This document shows positions 19,922-31,155 of a DNA stretch of 62,226 nt, piece after piece. How positions within the stretch are numbered: position 1 is the first letter of the stretch; the number at the start of each line of letters is the position of its first letter. The translations under genes and the position numbers were made by a program. This stretch comes from an uncultured Candidatus Actinomarina sp. (GTDB lineage: Bacteria > Actinomycetota > Acidimicrobiia > Actinomarinales > Actinomarinaceae), in the NCBI GenBank assembly GCA_902555055.1, contig CACDQN010000005.1, positions 1 to 62,226 of the forward strand, read 5' to 3'. The notes beneath the pieces were generated by a model. It ran no database searches. It saw only the letters and a program-made list of their open reading frames with translations, and was not told the DNA's origin.

Positions 19922-20377
19922 ATGTCATTGAATATTGGAGATAAAATACCAGAATTTGAGCTGTACAATCATGATAAAACGAAACATAGCAATGAAGATT
20001 ACCTCGGTCAAAAAACAATGTTTGTTTTTATGCCATTTCCCTTCAGCAGTGTTTGTGACAAAGAAATTTGCGAACTTAGAGATTATCAAGAATCATTTAC
20101 TAAAGAAGAAACCAACACTGTGTTAATTACTGTTGGTGCGAGTCCGACTAATAGAGCCTGGTCTGAACACTATAAAATTGAATTTCCAATTCTATCTGAC
20201 TTTTGGCCTCATGGTGAAGTTGCTAAGAAGTTCGGATGCTTTCATGATGTAGCTGGTATTTCTTTGAGGTATACATATATTACCAATGAAGAAAATGTTA
20301 TAACTGAAATTATTAAGAGTGACGAAATAGGTGTTGAAAGAGATTTCAGTGAATATTCAGAAAGTTTCGGTATTTAA
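19922..20377 (+). CDS. peroxiredoxin (AhpE/BCP-like)
   Basis: PFPFSSVCDKEIC and LSDFWPHGEVAK (AhpE-like signature). Confidence 0.88.
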   Translation: MSLNIGDKIPEFELYNHDKTKHSNEDYLGQKTMFVFMPFPFSSVCDKEICELRDYQESFTKEETNTVLITVGASPTNRAWSEHYKIEFPILSDFWPHGEVAKKFGCFHDVAGISLRYTYITNEENVITEIIKSDEIGVERDFSEYSESFGI

Positions 20378-20655
20378 CCTACATCCCTTATATCAAATTC
20401 AGCAGCTCTTTGTCTCTTGATTCGTCTTCTTTCTCTTTCAGAAAGTCCACCCCATATACCAAACTTTTCTGAATTTTCCACGGCATATTCAAGACATTGG
20501 TCTTGCACTGTACATGCTCTACATATTGCTTTAGCTTTACGAGTAGAAGCTCCTCTTTCAGGAAAAAATAAATCTGCATCTGCCCCTTTACAATTTGCCT
20601 CTTCTGTCCATGATGGCATTCCGCCGATTAGCTCTTCTACAATTGATTTTTCCAC
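20374..20655 (-). CDS. whiB: WhiB-family Fe-S transcription factor (WhiB2-like)
   Basis: Four Cys (C..CRAC..C), FFPERGAST, GIWGGLSERER; AAGGAG SD before the GTG start. Confidence 0.93.
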   Translation of the reverse strand: MEKSIVEELIGGMPSWTEEANCKGADADLFFPERGASTRKAKAICRACTVQDQCLEYAVENSEKFGIWGGLSERERRRIKRQRAAEFDIRDVG

Positions 20656-20670
20656 CCGTACTCCTTATTG

Positions 20671-20715
20671 TAAATTACATATGTGTAATTTATAACGACT
20701 CCTCTCAATTGTCAA
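20671..20715 (-). promoter_or_regulatory. whiB promoter (TTGACA-17-TAAATT) overlapped by a palindromic operator-like site
   Basis: Minus-strand TTGACA at 20715-20710, 17-nt spacer, then TAAATT. Inverted repeat TAAATTACA-N4-TGTAATTTA at 20671-20692. Confidence 0.6.
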
Positions 20716-20771
20716 GGGGTGAATTATCTAATTAATTTAGAGTTATTTTTTGAATGTAGGATAATTAAATA

Positions 20772-21230
20772 ATGCAAAATCAAAATATGGTTTCTACTGG
20801 TTCAGTTTATAAAGGTAGAACAGGTATGTGGCTTTATTTGTTTCATCGTATAACTGGTGTTGCGTTATTTGGATATTTACTACTCCACATAATTTCAACT
20901 GCATTAATCCTCGCAGGGCCCGAAATTTATGAAGGGGCAGAAGCAATTTATAAAAACTTTTATTTCAGACTAGGTGAGGTTGGTTTGATGGCAGCTGTGT
21001 TAGCTCATGCCATAAATGGTCTTCGTATTATTACTGTGGATCTATGGAGCAAAGGTTCTAATTACCAAAAAAGTTTAAACATTGCAGCACTTCTTATCTT
21101 TGTAGGTATTTTTGTTCCTACAACATATCAAATGATTACCTCTTATTTTGATATTTGCATTGAAAAAAGTTCAGCTGGAACCACCATTGTTGATTGCATG
21201 ATAAGACCTTTACCAGATTGGAAATCGTAA
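20772..21230 (+). CDS. sdhC: succinate dehydrogenase cytochrome b556 subunit
   Basis: HRITGV, HAINGLRII; first gene of the sdh operon. Confidence 0.92.
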   Translation: MQNQNMVSTGSVYKGRTGMWLYLFHRITGVALFGYLLLHIISTALILAGPEIYEGAEAIYKNFYFRLGEVGLMAAVLAHAINGLRIITVDLWSKGSNYQKSLNIAALLIFVGIFVPTTYQMITSYFDICIEKSSAGTTIVDCMIRPLPDWKS

Positions 21231-21628
21231 TGAAAAGTATATCAAGAACTGATTGGGGTAGACGACAACCTCCTATTGGTGGTAGTAATTTTGAATTATA
21301 TGCTTGGTTTTTTATGAGAGTGAGTGGTTTATTTTTGGTCCTTTTAGCTGCAGGTCATATGTTTATAATGCATGTGTTTAATGACACGCTTAATTTAGAT
21401 TATGAATTTGTTGCAGCAAGATGGGATACCCCATACTGGAGAACTTTCGATTGGCTTTTATTAGCACTAAGTATTCTTCATGGAACTAATGGTTTAAGAA
21501 TTGTAATGCATGACAATATTGCAAATAAGCTCTACAGACAAGTTGCTTTGTATAGTTTGTATTTTATCTCTTCTGCATTTTTCATATTAGGTACATACGT
21601 TCTGATAGCATTTGTGAGTGAAGCATGA
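21230..21628 (+). CDS. sdhD: succinate dehydrogenase hydrophobic anchor
   Basis: WFFMRVSG, HGTNGLR. Start taken at the TAATG overlap with sdhC. Confidence 0.9.
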   Translation: MKSISRTDWGRRQPPIGGSNFELYAWFFMRVSGLFLVLLAAGHMFIMHVFNDTLNLDYEFVAARWDTPYWRTFDWLLLALSILHGTNGLRIVMHDNIANKLYRQVALYSLYFISSAFFILGTYVLIAFVSEA

Positions 21629-23367
21629 AGATTATAAGACATTCTTTTGACGGAGTAATTGTCGGGGCAGGTGGAGCTGGGCTAAGAGCGGCTATTGAAG
21701 CTGCTCCCCATATGAAACTAGCTGTAATAACTAAACTATATCCAACACGATCTCATACAGGAGCTGCTCAAGGTGGTATGAGTGCAGCACTAGCAAATGT
21801 TGAAGAAGATAATTGGAATTGGCACGCCTTTGATACAGTAAAAGGCTCCGATTATCTCGCAGATCAGCCAGCAGTTGACATCCTGTGTAAGGAAGCTATT
21901 GACTCAGTAGTTGAGTTAGAACATTGGGGATTACCATTTAGCAGATTAGAGAATGGGAAAATAGCACAAAGAAGATTTGGTGGCCATACTGTAAAAGAAG
22001 GTGAAGCACCAGCATTTCGAGCCTGCTATGCAGCTGATAGAACTGGTCATATGATTCTCCAAACCCTTTATCAGAAATGTGTTTCTATGGGTGTAACTTT
22101 TTTTGATGAATTTCAAGTATTAGATATAAAAATTGATGATGGTGTCTGCAAAGGTGTTGTAGCATATGAGATTGCAACAGGAGATATTCATATATTTGAA
22201 GCAAGGGCTGTAACTTTTGCGACTGGTGGATTTGGTAAAATTTATAAAGTAAGTTCAAATGCACACTCTTTAACTGGAGATGGTCCAGGAATTTTATATC
22301 AAAAAGGTATACCTCTTGAAGATATGGAATTTTATCAGTTTCATCCTACAGGTATTTATAGGCTTGGTATTTTACTTTCTGAGGCTGCAAGAGGAGAAGG
22401 TGGAATTTTAAGAAACAAAGATGGAGAAAGGTTTATGGAAAGATATGCTCCATCGATTAAAGACTTAGCTCCAAGAGATATGGTTTCTAGAGCCATTGCA
22501 ACAGAAATCAGTGAAGGAAACGGAGCTGGTCCTAATAATGATTTTGTATATTTAGATTTAACTCATCTTGGGGCTGAAACAATAAAGCAAAAACTTCCTG
22601 ATATTACCGATTTTGTTAGAACTTATGTGAAAATCGAACCAATTGATGAACCAATTCCTGTTCAACCAACTGCACACTATGCAATGGGAGGAATTCCGAC
22701 TGATGTAGATGCAAGGGTGCTTAGCGACGCTCAAGGAAGTATATTGCCTGGAGTTTACTCTGCTGGTGAATCAGCATGCGTCAGCGTACATGGAGCTAAT
22801 AGACTTGGAACTAATTCACTATTAGACATAGTCGTATTTGGAAAAAGAGCCGGTCAAAGTATGGTTGATTATGTATCAAGTACTAAACCCTACTCGCTTT
22901 CAGATAATGCTGCAGAAGACCTTAAAAATAAAATTGTAAATTTTATGGAAAAAGAGCATGATCCTAATTTCTCAGTCCCAAAAATAAGAGAAGAACTGCA
23001 AGACTCTATGGAAGAAAATGCAAAAATATTTAGATCTGATGAAACACTAACAGAACAGACTAAAATCCTTTCTGATCTGAGAGATCGTTATGATAATATA
23101 ACAATTTCTGATAAAGGCAAAGTTTTTAATACTGAGTTATTAGAAGCGATTGAACTTGAATATTTACTTGATATGTCAGATACCACTGTTGCAAGTGCTC
23201 AAGCAAGAAAAGAAAGTAGAGGGGCACATTCTAGAGTCGACCATGTTGAAAGAGATGATCAAAATTGGCTTAAACATTCCTTTGCGTTCAAAAATGGAGA
23301 TTCAGTTAAACTAGATTATAAAGATGTTGAACTTGGTAATTATGAACCTAAAGAGAGAAAGTATTAA
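21625..23367 (+). CDS. sdhA: succinate dehydrogenase flavoprotein
   Basis: GAGGAG, RSHTGAAQGG, QFHPTG, HGANRLGTNSL. Confidence 0.97.
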   Translation: MKIIRHSFDGVIVGAGGAGLRAAIEAAPHMKLAVITKLYPTRSHTGAAQGGMSAALANVEEDNWNWHAFDTVKGSDYLADQPAVDILCKEAIDSVVELEHWGLPFSRLENGKIAQRRFGGHTVKEGEAPAFRACYAADRTGHMILQTLYQKCVSMGVTFFDEFQVLDIKIDDGVCKGVVAYEIATGDIHIFEARAVTFATGGFGKIYKVSSNAHSLTGDGPGILYQKGIPLEDMEFYQFHPTGIYRLGILLSEAARGEGGILRNKDGERFMERYAPSIKDLAPRDMVSRAIATEISEGNGAGPNNDFVYLDLTHLGAETIKQKLPDITDFVRTYVKIEPIDEPIPVQPTAHYAMGGIPTDVDARVLSDAQGSILPGVYSAGESACVSVHGANRLGTNSLLDIVVFGKRAGQSMVDYVSSTKPYSLSDNAAEDLKNKIVNFMEKEHDPNFSVPKIREELQDSMEENAKIFRSDETLTEQTKILSDLRDRYDNITISDKGKVFNTELLEAIELEYLLDMSDTTVASAQARKESRGAHSRVDHVERDDQNWLKHSFAFKNGDSVKLDYKDVELGNYEPKERKY

Positions 23368-24062
23368 TGGATATTAATCTCAAAATTCTAAGATATAACC
23401 CTGAGACTGACAGAAAAGGTCATTGGGAAGAGTATTCACTTGATGCTGATCCAGATGAAAGAATTTTAGATTTATTACATAAGGTAAAGTGGTTCGATGA
23501 TGGCAGCTTAGCATTTAGGAGATCATGTGCCCATGGTGTTTGTGGTTCTGATGCGATGGTTGTAAATGGAGAAAATATGCTAGCTTGCCAAGTTTTAGTT
23601 AAAGAAGTAAGCAATCCTATCAAAATAGAACCAATTAGAGGATTGCCTGTTATAAAAGATTTAGTTGTAAATATGGATTCGTTTTTTGATTCTTACAAAA
23701 AAGTTATGCCATATCTTATCAATGAAGAAGAACCGGGTGAACGAGAAAGGCTCCAGTCGCCTGAAGACCGTGACCGTTTTGAAGATACTACGAAGTGCAT
23801 CCTCTGTGCAGCATGTACCACTAGTTGCCCTGTGTTCTGGACAGCTGATACCTACGTTGGACCTGCAGCAATAGTAAATGCACACAGATTTGTATTTGAT
23901 TCACGAGATAATGCATCAAAACAGAGACTAGAAATATTGAAAGATGTTAATGGTGCATTTAGATGTCGAACTGCATTCAATTGTACAACTGCATGCCCTA
24001 GGGGAATACAGGTTACAAAAGCAATTGAAGATGTTAAACGAGAAACTTTAACAATTAATTGA
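23367..24062 (+). CDS. sdhB: succinate dehydrogenase Fe-S subunit
   Basis: SCAHGVCGSD, CILCAACTTSCP, CRTAFNCTTACP. Confidence 0.97.
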   Translation: MDINLKILRYNPETDRKGHWEEYSLDADPDERILDLLHKVKWFDDGSLAFRRSCAHGVCGSDAMVVNGENMLACQVLVKEVSNPIKIEPIRGLPVIKDLVVNMDSFFDSYKKVMPYLINEEEPGERERLQSPEDRDRFEDTTKCILCAACTTSCPVFWTADTYVGPAAIVNAHRFVFDSRDNASKQRLEILKDVNGAFRCRTAFNCTTACPRGIQVTKAIEDVKRETLTIN

Positions 24063-24331
24063 TAGAAAATCTACTTAAAAATTTTAAAGAAAAAATAACT
24101 GAAACAAATTTTAAAACAAAAGATGTGTATTTTTACTTTACAGATCTAGATGAAATGTATTCGTTAAACGAAATTGAAAAAAGTGAAAAAATAATAAAAA
24201 AAGATAGATATTTAATTTTTAAAATATCAAGTTTGGATTTATTAGAGATTGTAAATGGAAAAATTCATCCAGAAGACCTACTTTTTAATAAAAAAATTAA
24301 AATTTCAGGTGATATTAGTTTACTTTCATAA
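24059..24331 (+). CDS. small SCP2 sterol-carrier-like protein
   Basis: C-terminal DLLEIVNGKIHPEDLLFNKKIKISGD resembles the SCP2 motif; the TTG start overlaps the sdhB stop. Confidence 0.6.
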   Translation: MIENLLKNFKEKITETNFKTKDVYFYFTDLDEMYSLNEIEKSEKIIKKDRYLIFKISSLDLLEIVNGKIHPEDLLFNKKIKISGDISLLS

Positions 24332-24343
24332 TTGATTTCAAAA

Positions 24344-24369
24344 GAAAAGACGGCAATTGCCGTCTTTTC
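24344..24369. terminator. bidirectional intrinsic terminator between the sdh operon and hup
   Basis: GAAAAGACGGC-AATT-GCCGTCTTTTC hairpin between convergent genes. Confidence 0.85.
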
Positions 24370-24387
24370 AAATTAGTTAAAAGAACT

Positions 24388-24660
24388 TTAATTTAAAGCG
24401 TCTTTTAATCCTTTTGCAGCTTTAAAAGCTGGGGCATTTTTCGCAGCAATTTGGATTGTTTCACCTGTTGCTGGATTTCTACCTTGTCTTGCAGCCCTGT
24501 ATCTTGACTCAAAGTTACCAAAACCAGCGATACTTACTTTATCGCCATTTTTCATACCATTTGTTACGCCATTAAACACGGCTTCCACAGCTTTTTTAGC
24601 ATCAGTTTGTGACAACCCTACTTCTGCTGCAACAACGCTAGCTAATTGATCTTTATTCAT
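24388..24660 (-). CDS. hup: DNA-binding protein HU
   Basis: MNKDQL, GFGNF, GRNPATGE, PAFKA. Confidence 0.96.
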   Translation of the reverse strand: MNKDQLASVVAAEVGLSQTDAKKAVEAVFNGVTNGMKNGDKVSIAGFGNFESRYRAARQGRNPATGETIQIAAKNAPAFKAAKGLKDALN

Positions 24661-24779
24661 AGCTGTTTAGCCTTTCTGTATTGAGTTTTTTTAAAAACTC
24701 CCTATAAGTATTATAGTTTTTTAATATGATTTGTCTTAATATACTAAATTTATTGATTTTTTTTTAAAAAAACCTGATT

Positions 24780-25718
24780 TTATTGGTTAATTATGCTATT
24801 TAGTTCTTTTACTTTGTCTTTAACAGCTTCAGATGCACTTTTTAAATCTGTAAGCTCATCATTATTCAATTCAAGTTCAACAACCTCTGTAACACCATTT
24901 TTACCCAATTTAGTTGGTACCCCTAGGTATACATCACTAATTCCATACTCGCCCTCTAGCCATGAGCAAGCCGGCATTACATCATTTGTATCAGAAATAA
25001 TTGATCTAACCATAGTTGCAGCTGCAGAAGATGGTGCAAAATAAGCACTGCCCGTTTTCAATAAACCTACAATTTCAGCCCCACCATTTGAAGTTTTTTG
25101 AACAATCTCATCAATTTCTTCTTTAGACAACATTTCAGTAAGTAGCTTTTCATTCACCCTACACTGTGACGGAACTGGTACCATTGTTTCTCCGTGGCTA
25201 CCCAATGTGAGAGCCTCAACATCACTCATGTTGACATTTAATTTCTCAGAGATGAAATAAGCAAACCTAGAAGTGTCCAAAACACCAGCTTGACCAATTA
25301 CTTTATTTTTTGGTAAACCTGAAATTTCAGATACTAAGGTAGTCATTTGATCTAAAGGATTTGTAACAACTACTATTGTTGGACTCTCTGAAAACTTCAT
25401 TATATTTTTAGTAACATCTGTAACAATTTTTGCGTTAACCTCTAGAAGGTCCATACGAGACATTCCTGGTTTTCTGGGAAGTCCAGCTGTAATTACTACT
25501 ACGTCGCTATCATGAGTATCTTCATATTTGTTAGTACCGGAAATTTTTGTAGAAAACTGTTCAACATATCTAGATTGGTTCATGTCAAGTGCTAAACCTT
25601 GGGGTAAGCCATCGACAATATCAGTCATAACTACAGAATCAACAATATCATACTCAGCAATTCTCAAAGCTGTCATTGAACCGTATTTACCTGAACCAAC
25701 AACCGTTACTCTTTTCAT
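24780..25718 (-). CDS. mdh: malate dehydrogenase (LDH-like)
   Basis: TAGLPRKPGMSRMDLL, LGSHGE, GSAYFAP. Confidence 0.95.
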   Translation of the reverse strand: MKRVTVVGSGKYGSMTALRIAEYDIVDSVVMTDIVDGLPQGLALDMNQSRYVEQFSTKISGTNKYEDTHDSDVVVITAGLPRKPGMSRMDLLEVNAKIVTDVTKNIMKFSESPTIVVVTNPLDQMTTLVSEISGLPKNKVIGQAGVLDTSRFAYFISEKLNVNMSDVEALTLGSHGETMVPVPSQCRVNEKLLTEMLSKEEIDEIVQKTSNGGAEIVGLLKTGSAYFAPSSAAATMVRSIISDTNDVMPACSWLEGEYGISDVYLGVPTKLGKNGVTEVVELELNNDELTDLKSASEAVKDKVKELNSIINQ

Positions 25719-25720
25719 TT

Positions 25721-26956
25721 CTAAAAACCTTCTATGTTTTCAGTTAAAGATTTAGCAAAATCAGAGGAAGACAATGTTGTCGCATCTGTTCTGCCTCGGG
25801 CAAGATCGTACGTTACATTACCTTCACTTATTGATTTCTCCATTGATTTTACAATTAAATCAGCAGCTTCATTCCAACCCATATATCTGAACATCATCTC
25901 GCCAGATAATATCAATGACCCAGGATTAGCTTTGTCTTTTCCTGCATGTTTAGGTGCTGTACCGTGTGTAGCTTCAAAGACTGATTTACCATTTTCATAA
26001 TTAATATTTCCACCTGGGCTAATTCCTATACCTCCAATTTGTGCTGCTAATGCATCTGAAGCATAATCGCCATTTAAGTTAGTAGTGGCTATAACATCAA
26101 ACTCTTGTGGCTTTATTAGGATTTGCTGAAGGAACGCATCAGCAATAACATCCTGGACTAAAATCTTATCTCCAGGATCTCCATTGCAATCATCCCACGC
26201 GACCGCAACGTCTGAAAATTCTGACTTAACCAGTTCATACCCCCACGCTCTAAATGCACCTTCGGTGAACTTCATGATGTTCCCTTTGTGGACTATTGCT
26301 AAATTCTTCTTATTATTCTCAACAGCATAATTGAGCGCAGCTCTAATTAATCTTTCTGAGGCAGTTTTTGATATTGGCTTAATTCCAATTCCACTATCCT
26401 CTCGAATTTCCCAACCAAATTCTGAATTTAAAAATGCGTTAAGAGATCTTACTTCATCAGAATTCATTTCAAGTTCCTTACCAGAGTAAACATCTTCCGT
26501 ATTTTCTCTAAATAATGCAATATCAACATCACCAGGATTTTTTGTAGGTGATTCTATGCCAGAAAACCACCTTAAGGGTCTTAAACATGCATAGAGATCT
26601 AATTTCTGCCTAATAGCAACATTTATAGACCTTATTCCACCCCCAACAGGTGTAGTAAGTGGACCTTTAATTCCAATTCCATAATTATCAAAAAGTTCCA
26701 GAGTTTTATTCGGAAGCCACTCGTCAGTTGCATCAAATGCTTTCTGCCCTGCTAAAACTTCTGTCCATTCAATTTTTCTTTGGTCTGAATATGCTTTTTT
26801 TACTGCCGAGTCAAAAACTTTTTGTGAAGCTGGCCAAATATCAACCCCAATACCATCTCCTTCAATAAATGGAACTACTGGGTTATCTGTATCGAATGAA
26901 GTACGGGTCTCGTCAATAGCAGCTATTAAATCATCTCTTTTTAAATTTTCCTTCAA
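25721..26956 (-). CDS. icd: isocitrate dehydrogenase (dimeric, NADP-type)
   Basis: [37 protein letters not shown]. Confidence 0.95.
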   Translation of the reverse strand: MKENLKRDDLIAAIDETRTSFDTDNPVVPFIEGDGIGVDIWPASQKVFDSAVKKAYSDQRKIEWTEVLAGQKAFDATDEWLPNKTLELFDNYGIGIKGPLTTPVGGGIRSINVAIRQKLDLYACLRPLRWFSGIESPTKNPGDVDIALFRENTEDVYSGKELEMNSDEVRSLNAFLNSEFGWEIREDSGIGIKPISKTASERLIRAALNYAVENNKKNLAIVHKGNIMKFTEGAFRAWGYELVKSEFSDVAVAWDDCNGDPGDKILVQDVIADAFLQQILIKPQEFDVIATTNLNGDYASDALAAQIGGIGISPGGNINYENGKSVFEATHGTAPKHAGKDKANPGSLILSGEMMFRYMGWNEAADLIVKSMEKSISEGNVTYDLARGRTDATTLSSSDFAKSLTENIEGF

Positions 26957-27822
26957 ATTACATCCCTAATTGCTTGTCCAATCTTAGTTGGATTTTTAAC
27001 TACATTTACTCCTGCTTTAGTAAGTGCTTCAATTTTAGCAGAGGCTGTTCCCTTATTGCCTGAAACTATAGCACCAGCATGACCCATCTTTTTTCCCGGA
27101 GGCGCTGTAACTCCGGCAATGTAAGAAACTACGGGTTTAGTAACATGATTTTTAATATACTCAGCTGCTTCCTCTTCTGCACTACCGCCTATTTCCCCAA
27201 TCATAACAATTGCTTCAGTTTGAGAATCTAATTGGAAACCTTCAAGTACGTCTATAAATGACATTCCAGGCACAGGGTCTCCACCTATGCCAATACATGT
27301 TGATTGTCCAATATTGATTCTTGTCAGCTCGTGTACAGCTTGGTAAGTCAAGGTCCCTGATCTTGATACAACTCCAACATTACCTTCCTGTGTAATTTCA
27401 TGAGGCATAATTCCTACATTAGATTTTCCTGGAGAAATTAAACCAGGACAGTTTGGACCAAGTAATTTAGCATTTGTATTTGTTTTTAATAAATCATACA
27501 TTTTAGCTTCATCTTTTGCAGGTATACCTTCAGTAATGCAGACAATAAGATCACAGCCAGCATCTCCAGCCTCTAAAACAGCATCCTTAGCAAAAGCAGG
27601 CGGTACAAAAGTGAGAGCTGTATTAGCACCTGTTGCTTCAATTGCATCTTTTACAGTATTAAAAATTGGAATTCCCTCTACTTTTTCTCCACCTTTCCCA
27701 GGTCTGGTTCCAGCAACAACTTGTGTGCCGTAATCTCTGTTCCGGAGTGCGTGAAACTTACCTTGCTCCCCTGTTAATCCTTGTACTACAACTTTTGTGT
27801 CTTCATTAATTAGAATTGACAT
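26953..27822 (-). CDS. sucD: succinyl-CoA synthetase alpha subunit
   Basis: [20 protein letters not shown]. Confidence 0.96.
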   Translation of the reverse strand: MSILINEDTKVVVQGLTGEQGKFHALRNRDYGTQVVAGTRPGKGGEKVEGIPIFNTVKDAIEATGANTALTFVPPAFAKDAVLEAGDAGCDLIVCITEGIPAKDEAKMYDLLKTNTNAKLLGPNCPGLISPGKSNVGIMPHEITQEGNVGVVSRSGTLTYQAVHELTRINIGQSTCIGIGGDPVPGMSFIDVLEGFQLDSQTEAIVMIGEIGGSAEEEAAEYIKNHVTKPVVSYIAGVTAPPGKKMGHAGAIVSGNKGTASAKIEALTKAGVNVVKNPTKIGQAIRDVI

Positions 27823-28955
27823 TATTGACCAGCCTGTACTGCAATTTGAGCTGCTTCATCCATGGACTCTGAAATTGTTATTTTTTCGTTCTTATTATTT
27901 TCAAGTATTTCTAAGCCTTCTTTTGAATTTGTTCCATCAAGGCGAACTGTGATGGGCCATTTTAGTTCTTTACCTTTAGTTGCTTCGACGATACCTTCAG
28001 CGACTAAATCACATCTTGTTATTCCTCCAAATATATTGATAAGAACACTTTTAACATCATCTTCGGTTTCAAGAACTTCTAAAGCAGCTGTAACAGTTTC
28101 GGCTTTAGCTCCTCCACCTATATCAAGAAAATTTGCTGCTTTACCACCATGCTCAACAACAACATCAAGTGTTGACATAACTAGACCAGCACCATTTCCA
28201 ATAATTCCTACGCTCCCATCTAATTTTATAAAATTCAATCCTTTACTCTTTGCAAATTTTTCTGATTCAGGTATCGGAATGTCTTTTTCAAATTCTTTAA
28301 ATTCCTCATGTCTATATTCAGCATTCACATCGAGCGATACTTTTGAATCTAAAGCTGAAACACCTTTTGATGTTATAGCTAATGGGTTTACTTCTACAAG
28401 ATCACAATCATTGTCTGCAAACAAACTATAAAGTTTAGAAATTATCTCGATAAGTTGATCTTTATATGCAAAATCTAGCTTGGCGTTAGTAATTGCATGT
28501 TCTATATCAGAATCATCTAAGCCAACTGATGGTGAAATATAATGCTTTATCAAATCATCTGGAGAGTTTTCTGCAACTTCTTCAATATCCATACCACCTT
28601 TTGAACTGAGCATCATTAAATATTTTTTTTCAGACCTATCAAGGGTAAATGAAATATAATACTCGCTAATAATTTCGGAAGCTTCTTCAATAAGTAAACT
28701 CTCAACTAAATGACCTTTAATATCCATTCCTAAAATATCATCAATAAACTGATCTAATTCCGCATCATTATTAGCAACTTTAATTCCGCCAGCTTTGCCT
28801 CTACCTCCAACTTGTACTTGAGCTTTCACTACTAGTGGATAACTTAAACCATGATCCGATTGGAGTTCAGATTTAGATTTTATAAATGTTGATTTTGGTG
28901 TAGGTATAGAAAATTTTTTATAAAGTTCTTTACCTTGGTATTCAAATAAATTCAT
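27822..28955 (-). CDS. sucC: succinyl-CoA synthetase beta subunit
   Basis: [35 protein letters not shown]. Confidence 0.96.
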   Translation of the reverse strand: MNLFEYQGKELYKKFSIPTPKSTFIKSKSELQSDHGLSYPLVVKAQVQVGGRGKAGGIKVANNDAELDQFIDDILGMDIKGHLVESLLIEEASEIISEYYISFTLDRSEKKYLMMLSSKGGMDIEEVAENSPDDLIKHYISPSVGLDDSDIEHAITNAKLDFAYKDQLIEIISKLYSLFADNDCDLVEVNPLAITSKGVSALDSKVSLDVNAEYRHEEFKEFEKDIPIPESEKFAKSKGLNFIKLDGSVGIIGNGAGLVMSTLDVVVEHGGKAANFLDIGGGAKAETVTAALEVLETEDDVKSVLINIFGGITRCDLVAEGIVEATKGKELKWPITVRLDGTNSKEGLEILENNKNEKITISESMDEAAQIAVQAGQ

Positions 28956-29007
28956 ATTGTTACAACAAGAATATAGGTTACAAAAAAATAAAAATTATGC
29001 TTGCTAT

Positions 29008-31149
29008 TTATTGAAATTTTATTGGAGCCCATTCGATATCCAAGTACTTTGTGCCTATGTCATCAGAAAACTTAACTGTTATCTCATTGCCTTGAATTTC
29101 CTTAACAACTCCTTCTCCATATTTTTCATGAATTACTATTTGACCAATTGCAATATTGCTTTCTGAAGTATCGTTATTTTCTGCATCTGTTGAAAAGTCA
29201 ATTGTTTGAAAATGCTCCAATCCTTCATCCAAAAAGCGGCTTGGAAGATTGTAAACTGTGCCTCCCCAAAGTGTCCTTGACCAAGCATGTGTTAAGTAAA
29301 GTTTTTTTTCAGCCCTAGTGATACCGACATAACATAGCCTCCTCTCTTCTTCAATTTCAGATGCGTCACCTTGTGAGCTTCGTTCATGGGGAAATAAGTT
29401 CTCTTCCATTCCAGTCATGAAAACATAAGGAAACTCTAATCCTTTTGCATTATGTAAAGTCATGAGTAGAACTCTGTCAGCATCTTCTAAATTGTCAGTT
29501 TCTGAAAATAAAGCTATTGACTCCAAATAGTCTCGAAGTTTTGTATAGGGTTCTTCAATTTCTTCTTCATAAGTATTTTCAAAGTTGTATGCAGAATTAA
29601 GCAATTCTTCTATATTTTCCATTCTCATTTGAGCCTCTAAAGTGCCCTCTTTAATCAAATTCATTTTATACCCAGTTAGCTCGATAACTTTTTGGATTGC
29701 TATAGAGGGCCCTTGTATGGAGTATGATTTGAGTTCAGTAATCAAATTTTTAAAATCTATAAGTTTACCTTTAATACGTGGTGAAATATTCTCTACATCA
29801 TCTAAAGAATCTAAAATTTCAGAAATTGATTTATTTGAAGTATTAATAAATTCTCTAAGCTTTTTAACGCTTGATTCACCTATACCTCTTCTTGGTACAT
29901 TAACAACTCGTTCAAATGAAACTAAATCACTATCATTAATGAGAAATTTTAAGTATGAAATTATATCTTTTATTTCTTTGCGATCATAGAAGCGAACACT
30001 TCCAATGAGCTTATAATTTATATTTAATTTTCGTAACTCTTCTTCAAAAAGACGTGACTGACTGTTAGTTCTATAAAATACAGCTACCTCAGCTTTCTTA
30101 TCTTCAAGTAAAATTCTCCTAGTTTCCTCTGCTACCCATCTTGCCTCATCTTTTTCTGATCTAAACCTAGTTGAAGAAATATCTGCCCCTTCTTCATTAT
30201 CTGTCCATAAATTTTTTTCAATTTTTCTTGGATTGTTTGAGATAACTGTATTTGCTAAATCCAAAATTTTTTTTGATGATCTATAGTTTTTATCAAGTTG
30301 AATAACTTTTGCATCTTTAAAATCTTTTTCAAATTCTATTATATTCCTTATATCTGCACCTCTAAATGCATATATGCTTTGGTCAGAGTCACCTACAACA
30401 CAAACATTTTGATTATTTGAGCCTAGGAGTTCAACAAGTTTATATTGAACATAGTTTGTATCTTGATACTCATCAACCATGATGAATTGAAATTTGTTTG
30501 ACCAAAACTTTAATATACCTTCATTGGTTTGTAGAAGTTCAACAGCTTTTATTAAAAGATCATCAAAATCCATTGCATTTGACATGATGAGTTTCTTTTC
30601 ATAACTTGAGTAAATTTCTGCAACCTTAACATCAAAGAAAGACTCCGCATTTTGTAAGGCTTCTCCAGGAGATATCATATTATTTTTCAAATTTGATATG
30701 TGTGCTTGAAATCTTTTTGGAGAATACTGTTTAAGATCTACATTATTCTCAGACATACAATTTCTAACAACTTTATTAGAATCAGATTGATCATATATTG
30801 TAAAGTTGTTTTTATATCCAATTTTATCACCATGTATTCTTAAGATTTTTACACATAAGCTGTGAAATGTAGATATCCATTTTGGTGAAATTTTCAAATT
30901 CAATAAATCACTTATACGTGTTTTCATTTCTTCAGCAGCTTTATTTGTAAAAGTTATTGCTAAAATTTGTTCAATATCAACCATATGATTCTGGACTAGA
31001 TGAGCATATCGATGTGTGAGTACTCTAGTTTTACCAGAACCCGCACCGGCCATAATCAATACAGGTCCATTTATAGTTTCTATTGCCTCTATTTGACTAG
31101 AGTTTAAAAATTCTTTCCATGAATTAGGAATTTTTGAAATTGAATCCAT
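29008..31149 (-). CDS. pcrA: ATP-dependent DNA helicase PcrA/UvrD
   Basis: AGAGSGKT, VDEYQD, TLHNAKGLEF, EERRLCYVGITRA, C-terminal Tudor-like domain. Confidence 0.95.
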   Translation of the reverse strand: MDSISKIPNSWKEFLNSSQIEAIETINGPVLIMAGAGSGKTRVLTHRYAHLVQNHMVDIEQILAITFTNKAAEEMKTRISDLLNLKISPKWISTFHSLCVKILRIHGDKIGYKNNFTIYDQSDSNKVVRNCMSENNVDLKQYSPKRFQAHISNLKNNMISPGEALQNAESFFDVKVAEIYSSYEKKLIMSNAMDFDDLLIKAVELLQTNEGILKFWSNKFQFIMVDEYQDTNYVQYKLVELLGSNNQNVCVVGDSDQSIYAFRGADIRNIIEFEKDFKDAKVIQLDKNYRSSKKILDLANTVISNNPRKIEKNLWTDNEEGADISSTRFRSEKDEARWVAEETRRILLEDKKAEVAVFYRTNSQSRLFEEELRKLNINYKLIGSVRFYDRKEIKDIISYLKFLINDSDLVSFERVVNVPRRGIGESSVKKLREFINTSNKSISEILDSLDDVENISPRIKGKLIDFKNLITELKSYSIQGPSIAIQKVIELTGYKMNLIKEGTLEAQMRMENIEELLNSAYNFENTYEEEIEEPYTKLRDYLESIALFSETDNLEDADRVLLMTLHNAKGLEFPYVFMTGMEENLFPHERSSQGDASEIEEERRLCYVGITRAEKKLYLTHAWSRTLWGGTVYNLPSRFLDEGLEHFQTIDFSTDAENNDTSESNIAIGQIVIHEKYGEGVVKEIQGNEITVKFSDDIGTKYLDIEWAPIKFQ

Positions 31150-31155
31150 TAATGC

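Noticed and set aside
24683-24700. GAGTTTTT-TT-AAAAACTC hairpin upstream of hup
   Set aside because: A weak AT-rich stem that I cannot distinguish from chance or a simple terminator.
27862-28431. 189-aa antisense ORF in sucC, and similar shadows in fadD, groEL, glmS, rpsI and aroF
   Set aside because: These are fully nested opposite conserved genes and have Ser/Ile/Pro-rich shadow composition.
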